Notes under the pieces: model-generated
The model's database searches: none
Told to the model about the DNA's origin: nothing
What the model saw: only the letters and a program-made list of their open reading frames with translations
Assembly: GCA_016748015.1 (NCBI GenBank)
Contig: JAAOMT010000230.1
Coordinates: 124,001-188,000 of the forward strand
Length of the DNA: 64,000 nt
Origin: Geosiphon pyriformis uo1
Taxonomy: Eukaryota; Fungi; Glomeromycota
Direction: 5' to 3'
Program-made: the position numbers and the translations under genes
In this document: piece after piece, positions 13,714 to 24,700 of the stretch
How positions within the stretch are numbered: the first letter of the stretch is position 1
Layout: each line of letters opens with the position of its first letter

Positions 13714-16700
13714 CTATGCAGCTATATAAACTGAAACTAAGTCACTTATACCTGAGAAAAACAAACAAAATTTGCGAAAGCCAAAACAAACACTAAAAGC
13801 ATCAGCAATACCAAGCAATTTGACCACTCCAGCTGACAACCCAGAAGCCAAACCAGAAACTGAGACAAGAACTGAACCATTAAGGGGAATCAACCCATTA
13901 TTCTCCATATATACACACTATTTAGCATGAACTGATTAGACACTACTTCTAAAATCAAGACTAAGAGAGTGCACAAATTTAACAATCTCCAAACCAGCAA
14001 CTTTTGGATCGTAAAAGATAGTGACTGCTTCGCAAAACCAGTCATTAAAAATGAAACTCTTATAAAGAGCCATGGCCAAAAAGGAGTCAGAAACACATAA
14101 AGACAACATTTGTAGTATGTCTGAAGAAGAATGAGAGAAACCAGAGATTGTCTTTCAGGAGTCCACATAGAATTTCAACAACTGATGTCAGACAGAGTCA
14201 TCAATCTTGTAAGAAAACACATGATCTGATGCCTCCATATTACCACAATATAAGCACAAAACACTTGAATACAGTCTATTATAAAGGCACTTCTGAACAG
14301 CAACTGGCAGCCAGTAGTGCAAAGTCTTTATGAAATAAGAGCAAGCATTAGCCGAGAGTCTACTGGTGAAACCAGCAGTCATGTGCAAGTCAGGGTGCCA
14401 AACCAAAGATGAACAGAGCCAGTCAATCTCAAAAAGCAAACTGCCTGCCAAAAACTTGGAATCAGAACCAACCTCCCAGTACACACAACAAACTGAATGA
14501 TAAATATCATGTACAAAATGTCTGGAATTGTCAGAAACCACACTACCATCAGCCACTATGAAGCATTTATCCAAGTGGTGAAGAAGATACCAACCAGAAA
14601 GAAAAGTATTACCAGCAATCGCATCAGTGCGCTCATTTTCTGAAATGTCAGAGTGGTCTTTAACTTTATGCCAGCTGATTTTCAAATTCTTATAGTAAAT
14701 AACATTGACAATATAATGACATTTGACTCAACACTAATTACAAAAGTTGGGACACACTAGACCTAATTCAGAATTACAGGCATTCAGAACAGATTGACTA
14801 TCCAAAAACAGTTTAACAGAGCTCAGTGGGAAAACACACTCCAGAGCCAGCGCAATAGCCTGCAATTCCACCAAAGTAGATAACATCAAACTTGACACAC
14901 TGATGCCCAAACCCAAATTAATGTCCTCAAAAAATGCAGCAGCACCAGCTCTACAACCAACTGTGTCCAGATTACTAAGAGACCCATCTATATACACTAA
15001 CAAACTATTAGCACCAACTTACAATAAACAATCACAGACAGAAACAAAATCACTAAATTCAAGAATGTTCAAAAAACCAACACCATCTGAAATTGAGGGA
15101 TGAGTAAAAAAGAAACCTTTATCATCAAGAAATGCAACAGAAAACTTGAACCACTCAGGAACAAGGCCACAGGGGTCTAATTTTTTCCAACACTTAAAGA
15201 TATGCCAATCAAAAACAGAACCACAATGATTATGAAGTTGATCCACAAAGGCAACATCATACTGTCAGAGAGAAGGAAAAAACCTGAGAAACTATAACTC
15301 ACCCAGAACAGTAAACATAGAAACCCCACCACAAAACCAAAAGGAATTGGCCAAAAAGCCACTTAAGGACAAACTGCAGTCAAAAAAAATGCAAACCATG
15401 CCCACTAGAAAGTTATTGGAAGAACTGACACAAATACACACAGGAGAACTCAATGGATAACAGGGTGCTAGCACAGAACCTGCAAGTTATGGGATCTATA
15501 AGAAAATAAATGTCTTAAAATGCCACCCAAATTTGCAAAACTAACAAGAAAGACCACTTTGCTCTCAGACTGAACTTGAAAGAAAAATTTCAAACCATAA
15601 AAAGAAGAGTGATGAATTGTATCACTAAGAAAATCAAGAAGTAGGCTGGATTTAAACTTTAATTCCCTATGAATCAAGGCATCCCATTTGTTATATGTAT
15701 CAATAGGAACAAAGTTGAACTGAGTCCTATAACTAACTATAAGATGAAAAACTGCCAACACTAAATATAAAAACTGTTTATCTGAGACAGCTTTTTTCAG
15801 GACCAGGTTGGTAAAAAAATGAATGTCTGAATTCACCTTCACCAAACTAGGCTTTAAGAGACCTTCAGTTGAGAGAAAAATACCTAAATATTGATGAAAT
15901 TTACCCTTTTTGGCTATAGAGATTGGCAAGCCACTGATAGAAAGAGAGAGAGCACTGACTTTGCAATTGATAAGAATGACCACTGTTTTGTCATTATTAA
16001 TAGAAATATTATTTATCCAAAAAAATTTACTTACAATATCTAGAATGTATTGAGTAGCTGCCTTACTACTACCAATCCAAATTGTATCATTAACAAAAGC
16101 ACTAGCAGCAAAAAAAGAAGAAAGCCCAGCCTGGAATTCAGCATGACCATTTCTTGAAATAAAATGAGAACTTAACCTATAACCATACATGCTTTTCTGT
16201 TTCTTGATTTTGTATAGTAGAGGATTATAAAATATACACCACAGAAGAAGAGAAAAAACCTCTCCTTGGTCCAAACTATCATGTACACAATAATCATTCA
16301 TCAGTCCAAAGTCCATCATCACCTTGTTGGTATGATTTTTATAAATACTACCAAAAAACCGAATAAACTTACTATACATCTTAATCCTAACCAAACTTTT
16401 CTTAAGATGTTCTCAGCTGACTGAATTGTATGCTTTCCGCATATCCTGCAAAACCAAACAAAGTTCTCAATTCTTTTTCAATACATCTTCAACCACTGAT
16501 CCAACCACAAAAATAGAAGACTGAGTTATTGTACCTTTTAAAACTAAAAAATTGTCCCCACGAAGAATGTCAAAAGAGCTGCATGCCAAAGAAATCCTAT
16601 CAGAAAGAATCTTGGGAAGAATCTTACAAGCTGTCTTAATTAAAGCAATAGGACAGATATTCATAAGAACACCTTCTCACTCATATGGTTTAGAAATCAT

Positions 16701-18400
16701 TAAGATTTAAGCTTCCAACTAAGGTCTGAGCACTGATTTAGAAGACAAACAAAAGTTCAAAAGCATTAAAAGCATATCCAGAATTGACCTGTCATAATGT
16801 TTTCAAAGCTTATTTGTAATACCTAAAAGACCAGCAGCTTTGCCATTAGGCAGATCAAAAATCACATTAAGCAGCTCATTAAGCTTAACTAAACACATTA
16901 CACCAGAAAAGGCTTCATCAAAAATGTAATCCAATGGCCGATATTGACAAGACCAAACATCAGTGACATCAGCAATCACACCATGCTTCTTGGTCCAATC
17001 CTCCATAATAATGTCCATCTTAGATTTAACTAAATCGAGCTCCAAAATAAGCTTGTCCTCTACAACCAAATGGTCCAGAACCACTTTGTGGAAAGAACAC
17101 TCCAAAACACTTCTGATAGTATAATCTTTATTCATCTCAAAGCTTTCCATTCTCTTATTTATAGCAGCTCTAATGTTAGTTTCTTTAGTTGTCAAAAATT
17201 CAACAAGCTTGAACATATGATAAGACTTTCTTATGCCAGAGAGAGTAGAATACACACAACTAGAGTTTGTACCAGAGTTAATAAGATTCTAAACAACTGA
17301 GGCTTTGACACTGTCCAAAGAGTCCCAGCACTTCATAAGAGAGACAAAACTACCAACATTGGTCTCATGAAAGGCCTTGACAATCTTTAAAACCAAAAGC
17401 TTCAACCTATGAAACTTCGAAGAAACTTTGATGAAAACACTATCAAAATCCTTGAACCATTTCTTACTAAATATCTTATTTGTAGAAAGAACCACTATTC
17501 TGCATAAAACATCCCACATGGCATTCAGATTTAAGAACTTGACAGTGGCAGCAAATTTGTTAAAGAGCATCTTAGCATTGGCCAATGTGGCATTTCTAAA
17601 ATTTTCCCATCTATTGTTATCAGCACCCTTGAAATCAAACTTTCAACAATTCTTATTAGCCTGCTTATAAAGAAAGTTTAACCACACATCCAAAAATCTA
17701 CCTAAACTTACTAACACAAAAACAGCTCGATGATTAGTATTAAAAAATTCACCAATATTACACACAATGCGATCTACCACAGCATTGACTAAGTTTACAG
17801 AAACAAACAAGAAATCTATAGTCTTAGCCATGTCCTGAAATTAGCCCATGTGGGCATCTTGACAAAAGAACTTCCACCCAAAAAATTAACCAAACCAAGA
17901 TCTAAACACCTCTTAAAACTAGCACACCTTTGGGAGCCATTCTTATTAAAGTCACCATTCAAAACCACAAATGAAGATTTATTAACTGCCTTTGTTATTA
18001 CAAAATTGACATCATTAGCCTGAGAGAAGCAAACAGCCAGAAATGTTTCAGTGTAGAGCCCTAAAATCGACACAAAAAGTTTATTTTTGAACAACAGCTT
18101 GACTGAAAGGAGCTGACCAAGCACTTCAGAAACCTTATAAACATGACGAACTAGAGAATTGTTCATAATAATTGCAACACCAGCACCAAGAAACCCCTTA
18201 TTCAACCCAAATGAAAAAACTTTGACCTTATCAAACTTATTCTTAATCTAGAGTTTACAACTAGACCTCAGCTTTGTCTCAGTAATTATTGAAACCAAAT
18301 TTCCAGAATCTCTATGCCAACGGATAATGTTCTCTTGCTTGGTGAGGACATTGATACCACGAACATTACACATTGTGAATTTCCAAACAAAATTACTTAT
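13714..18400 (-). pseudogene. LINE ORF2 (AP endonuclease, RT, RNase H, C-terminal CCHC), many stops
   Basis: CNVRG, ETKL, GDFN (endonuclease). PIALI, LDQGEVFS, AFVND (RT). YIDGS..VELQAIALAL..LDSQ (RNase H). CLYCGNMEASDH. Confidence 0.9.
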
Positions 18401-18663
18401 TGGGGAGAAAGAGAAGTAGATGATCCCAAACCAAAGCACAAATGATCCAATCTTTCCAAGACAAATTCAACTAACACCTCCAAAGCCACCATCTTGGATT
18501 CTAATCCATCCACCTTGGTGGTCAAAACTTTAGAACTACTTGAACTAAGGTTATCAATCAATTCTGCAACAACAACTGAGAGAGAGAGAAGAAAAGATGC
18601 CAGTGTACCATCTAGAGTCATTTTTGAATCCAAATTAGACACTACAAGCACAAGAACAATTGG

Positions 18664-19565
18664 TATTATAGATGATTATTTGGGATTTCAAATCAAATAA
18701 CAAATCTGTAACTTGGTGCTCAATATCTTGACAAGGCTGGTGACACTAGTATGTTGGTTGTATCTGAAGGTTTTTAGAGTTGAATTTTTTGTATAATGGA
18801 CAGAGATTTAATTGATGGTTTTATCTATAGCTTCTCGAAACTGTAGTTTTATCAAATTTCTTTCTTAGTGTAGTGGTCAGTAATCTTCCTGGTAAGCTAT
18901 CCTCAAATCTATGAGTGTTTTACCCTTGTTTTACAGGTCTTTTACCAGTCTCTATGACATCTGTATTTCAGTGCTTATTCCTTAATCAATTTTAGTAAAA
19001 CCAAAGAAATAACAAAAGAAATAAAGAAAATAAAAAAAGATAAAGAAATTAACAAAAAGCAATTACAAGTTAGTATCCCATCAATAGCCGTAATTAAAAG
19101 CTATTGTTCCAGTGTGGTTAAGTATCAATTACTATCAACATAAAGTATTGATAGTAAAGAGTGGATTGAGATAGTAAATAATTATTTATTAATATTTGTG
19201 ATTTAAAAAGTTGCTTAGATAAAATCTAAACAGAAAGGTTTTCTTTACTTTTTTTTTCTTTTTACTTCTAATGCTACCACTATATATACATAATTGATGT
19301 TCTACAAGATTGCTCATATTTCCGAGCAATATACTATGATTTTTTGAGCAATGCTTACATTGCTGAGTAATGTGCTCTAATTTTCTAATATTGCTCCATA
19401 TTGCTAAGCAATGTGCCATGTTTTCTAACATTGCTCCACATTGCTGAGCAATGTGCCATGATTTTTGACATTGCTCCACATTGCTGAGCAATGTGCTCAT
19501 GTGCTAAATACTATTCTCTTATTGGTCTGCTATTTTCCATATCTATTTTCTTTTTATGAGTAACA
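18664..19565 (-). repeat. 3' LTR of element A
   Basis: Direct repeat of 28015-28916, adjacent to the PPT. Confidence 0.95.
19309..19500. repeat. ~5 x ~40-bp tandem repeat in LTR A U3 containing the palindrome CACATTGCT-G-AGCAATGTG (also at 28660-28851)
   Basis: Directly visible units ATTGCTCCACATTGCTGAGCAATGTGCCATG..TTTCTAAC. Confidence 0.9.
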
Positions 19566-19583
19566 TTATCTCCTTCTTTAATA

Positions 19584-20213
19584 TTAAGCTTCATCAAAAT
19601 TTTTATTTTGAATTAATTTTAATACTTCTTTTTTAATTATTGTTTGTTTGACTCTGTTCTTCACATCTTCTACTTGTGTATTGTTTATTCTTCCCCATTG
19701 GTTAATAGTTATGGTTTCTATGTTAGAGTGTAACAATATTTTTGGATAGTTCTGAAATATGTTGTGTAGTTAATAAATTGTTCTTACATGTAGTGTTGAG
19801 TTTGTTTTTTTTCCAATAAATTCTTTAATTTGCTGTATTATATTTTGGTTAAATACTCTCTTGGATTTGTCAATATACAATTCCTGAATATTCAACTTTC
19901 GACCTAGCTGGTAGTAACAATATGATATTGGAAGTTGTTCTGTCCATTGCTTCCAATTTTTTTTTGTAAGCTTTTCAGTTGGTATCATAATAGGTATTTT
20001 TCCAAAAGTGTTCTTTACTTTTTCTACTATCTTATCTGACTAGTTTTTATCATTTTTTGGTGGTCACTAATATGGTGTATTCTTTGTCTTTCTTCTGGTG
20101 TTTTGATAGCAGATAGTTTGGTTATTAATAATAATTTCTATATTTAACTGTTGTTGACTTAAGACCTGAAACAATTGTTGAGCTATTGTGTAAATATGAT
20201 CTGGTATTTCCAT
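19584..20213 (-). pseudogene. Element A ORF3, unknown function, ~209 aa (MEIPDHIYTIAQQLF...NFDEA*)
   Basis: Single frame with only point stops. Protein-level homology to ORF3 of B and D. Confidence 0.7.
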
Positions 20214-20267
20214 TTTCTTTGTTGTTTTTATTGTGTATATTGTGTCTTTATATATTTTTTTAATTGT

Positions 20268-21650
20268 TCAATTTGCCATGTTTGGTGTAATTATTATGAT
20301 TGGTTCCAGATCTCATGGAATCTCATCTGGTTGGACTATTATTTTCTGTACTCCTAATTATAGAATATTATTGGTAAATAGTAGTATTATATTGTGATAT
20401 GGTTTCAGTTGATCTCTATGTGCTGCTTTGGTCAAGATTTTGTTGTTCAATCTTAATTTATAAGCTCCATTTTCTAAAATTTCTTCTATGTGAAATGGTC
20501 TGTCCTATTTGGAATCAAATTTTCCACTCCATTGTTTTTCTGCTTTGGTATAATATAAAAGTACTTTGTCTCCAATCTTGAATTCAACTGGTTTGTTTGA
20601 TAGTTGATTATCATGTCTTTCTTTCTGTTTCTCTTGTGACTTTTGAATTTTATCAGCTGTTTTTTTTCATTTGTTTTCCAGTGTTTCTATTAAGTCATAT
20701 GTTCTTTTTAACAGTGTTTCCTGAAAATTTTCTTTTGTTATTGGTTCAGTTGGATATGTGTTAACTTCTATCTTAACTGGTATTGTTGCTGTTCTACCAT
20801 ATACTAATTCAAATGGTGTTGCTTGTATAGTATCTTGTTTCATTGTTCGATATGCAAATAATACTGATGATATGAACAAATCCCATTCATTCTGGTTTTC
20901 TTGGCTGAGTTTGGCAATTGCTTTACACAATGTTCTATTAAATCTTTCTACTAAATCATTTGTTTGTGGATGATATGGTAATGATAGTGGTCTTTTAATT
21001 CCGAATTTTTGGCTTAATTCTACTAGTGTTCTGTTCACAGAGTAAGTTCCTTGGTCTGATAATAATTCTTTTGGACATTCATGTCGACAAATCAGTTTTT
21101 GATAAACAAATTTGGCAATGGATTCTGCATCCGCTTTTTGAATTGCTTTTGCTTCTGGCCATTTAGTGAGATAGTCCATGGCTACTGCAATATATCTATT
21201 TCCTCTGCTGGTAATTGTTAATGGTCTGACTAAGTCAATTCCAATGTGATCAAATGGTTATCCCACTTTGATTGGTCTCAGTGGTTCACTGGGTTTTGTT
21301 CCTTCTTTTCTTTGACAAGAATCACAATTTTGAATATATTGGATGATGTTTGGATACATTGATGACCAATAGTATCTTTTTCTGGTTCTTTCTATGGTTG
21401 CTTCTTTGTGGAAATGTCCTGCTGTTGGATCTGAATGCATGTTGAACAGTATTGTTTTTTTCTCTGGTTCTGTAACTACTCTAGTTGGTTGATCTGAATT
21501 TTGTCTATTTTTTCAATAAAGTATGTTTTGGTGAGTGATAAAGTATTTTGATTGTTGTTTGATACTATTTCGTTCTGATTGAGATAATTTCTCCTTGAAC
21601 TGTTAAGTATCTATATAATATTTGAGTTGTTGGTATTTTTGTGTGTTCAT
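20268..21650 (-). pseudogene. Element A integrase (HHCC zinc finger, DDE core, GPY/F-type tail) as a stand-alone ORF
   Basis: Starts MNTQKYQQL. HSDPTAGH..CDSC, DYLTKWPEA, SDQGT, YHPQTNDLVERFN. Confidence 0.85.
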
Positions 21651-21711
21651 CTTTTGTTATATTTTCGTTGAATTTGGTTTGGTTTTGTTATATTTTTGGG
21701 TTAAAATGTTT

Positions 21712-24700
21712 TTAGATTTGTCTTATTCATGACAAACCATCTGCATTTTCGTTGTCTTTTTCCTTTTTATAATGTATGGTATAAGTATATGGTGAGAGTA
21801 CTATTTTTCATCTGGATTGTTTGTTATCTCCAAATTCTTGTTTTTGGAGTGATGTCAGTCCTTTGTGATCTGTATACATCTCAAACTTCTGGCTTAAGTA
21901 TTCTTTCCATTTCATGACTGCCCAATAAATTGCTAAATGTTCTAGTTCTGGTGTTCCATAATTTCTTTTAGCTGAAGTTAAACCTCGGCTGACATATGTG
22001 ACTGGATGTTCTCTTCCATCTGGTCCTCTCTGTGATAGTATTGCTCCCAATGCTTGGCTTAATGTATCAGTGGTAATGATGAATAGTTTATTGTGATTTG
22101 GATAGATCAGTACTGGAGCTTGTATAAGTTTTCTTCTTAGAATATCAAAAGTTTCTTGTTGTGCTTCTGTCCATTCGTATTTTACATTCTTGGTTTGGAG
22201 ATGATTAAGTAGTTGGGCTATCTTAGAAAAGTTTTTGATGAAGCATCAATAATAGCCTGCAAATCCCAAGAATGATTTTAACTCTGTCATATTGATTGGT
22301 ACTGGAAAGTTCTTGACTACCTCTATCTTTTCTGGATCTGTTTTGATGCCATCTTTGCTTACTATGTGCCCTAAAAAGTTTAATTCTGTCTTGTCAAAGA
22401 AGCACTTATTGGCATTCAACTTTAGTCCTGCTCATCATAGTCTTTTAAACACTTGTTGTAGATGATGCAAATGATCATCGAATGTTTTGGAGAACACATT
22501 GGTGTTATCTAAATAAATGACTACTAATTTCCACAATAAGCCAGTATATACTATTTTTATTAGCTGTTAAAATATGGCTGGAGCATTTATCAAGCCGAAT
22601 GGCATGATTTCAAACTCGAAATTCCCTTCTCTCATCATAAAAGCTGTTTTTTCTTTGTCTGCTGGATTCATGGCTACCTGCCAGTATCCACTGTTTAGAT
22701 CCAGTATTGAGAACCATTTATTTTCTTCAAAAGCATTAAATAGCTCTTGGATTTGTGGAGTTGGATAGCTGTCTCCATGGGTGACTCCATTGAGTTTTCT
22801 GTAGTCCACACAAAATCTGATCTTTCCATTTTTATTCTGAATGAGTACTATTGGTAATGACCATGGGCTCATAGATGGCTGAATTAGCCTGTTGTTAAGC
22901 ATTTGGTTGATCTCTTAACAAATAATCTCATGGCTGGCTGGTGGTACTCTGTATGCTCATTGTTTGATTGGCATAGCATCTCCAGTCTTGATCTGGTGTT
23001 GGATGATATCAGTTCTGCCAAATTCGTTTTCACTAGTGAAGATGTCATTGAAGTTGTTGAGTAATATCTTGAGTTGCATATGTTGGAGTGGATCCAAATT
23101 TTCCATGTTCATTTGTTCCAATTGTTTTGATTGGAGCAAATAACATTTCTTTTGTCTATAGATTGTTTGTGATGTGATATTCACATATTCACATAGCTGT
23201 AGAAAGTCTGGAATAATGCTTGGTGGTTGATTTTCTAATTTAGTGTTTATGTATCCAATAAAAATTCCCTCTGGTATTGTAATGGCATCTCCTGTGGTGT
23301 TGTAAATAGGAATTTTGATATGGTTGTGGTTTTTGGCTGGTATGTGGAGATTGATGAGTCCAATCTCTCTTGATTTACAAAGGCTTGTTTCTGCTTCAAA
23401 AATCTGATCCTTATCTTTCACCTTTCTCTCTATAATTATCATGTACTGGTCATATGGTGGAATGGAAATTACTTGACCAGTTGAGATAATTTCTTCTTGG
23501 CCAATAATTTTTTCTTCTGCCATATTGACTGGTATGTCTATTCTATCCGTTGATCTAAATCCCTGTATCTCTCTCGCAGTAATTTCTAGTTCTTCCCTTT
23601 TTTTCATTAATACTAACTGAGCTATTTTTACTAAAGGTAGGAATATTGCCTGTGCTATCTTTTCATTTGGCTTTATGATATAGGCCTTTTCTAAGTTGTT
23701 TTGTAGCATGGCAATGATATTTCCCACATATTCCACGTCAATTATTCCTTTTCTTATATTAATCTCTCTTTTCACTAAACTACTTCTAAAAGCTAATTGA
23801 ACCATAGTTGTTGCTGGTATTTCCAATGCTATTTTCAGATCGATGCAGATGTGCAAATAGGGCTCTAATTTGATGGCATCTTTCTCTGGATACCTCAGAT
23901 CAAACCCGGCATCAGTATCATATGTATGTTCTGGCATGATCCCTTTCTCGTTATTGCTGAACCATTTCAAGATCTGTTCTTTGGTGAGATCAAAGAGCAC
24001 GATATATATTTCTGGGTTTGAATTGGAGTTCCAATTGCTGTTGTTTTTGTTGTCATTTTAAACGGAGCTGGCACCAGTGTTTTCATCATCATTATTGTCA
24101 GAGTTTGAATCAGGATTAAATGGTAATTCCGATTTTGATGCACAGCTGCTGATTGGTTTTTCTTCCTCCAGAATTGTGTAGATCATATATGGTGGTAGAT
24201 TGTAAATGAGGTCACAATTATCACAAAATTGGAAGTCACATGGAATTAAACAATGGTCACATAATTGGGTATTGATTTCCTCCAAACATTGTTCTTGCTC
24301 TTCTTTCGTGAGTGCTAGATTCTGATAGTGTTCATGGAATTCTTTTGGGCTGTTTTCTAAGTTAATAAAAGCGTCCGGGTTGAGAACCAAAACAATGTCT
24401 GTTGGTTCTGGAGAATTGTTTTTGATCTCCAGAATTTCACTGGGCAAAGCACTTTCTACTTTAGCATTGGCCATTTGCCAGATCTCATCTTCGTCATGTA
24501 GATAACCTTCTAAGTGAGAGATTGCTTGGTGCCAGGCTGCTATAATAGGTGTTCCACAACTCACTCAGTTGCTAATGAGGATCATGTATTGGCATGAAGT
24601 ATCACATGTTCCCCCTCAACCAGGAATGTTATGCCATATCCCTTTGTCAAGCAGTTGTTCTCCATAAGCGAGACATGGTTTATTGTCCCACTTGTCTTGT

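Noticed and set aside
19309-19500. CRISPR-like palindromic repeats
   Set aside because: The units are contiguous with similar rather than unique spacers, occur in both LTRs, have no cas genes nearby, and lie in a eukaryotic context.
19584-20213. ORF3 as an envelope gene
   Set aside because: Too short, with no visible signal peptide, furin site or transmembrane segment.
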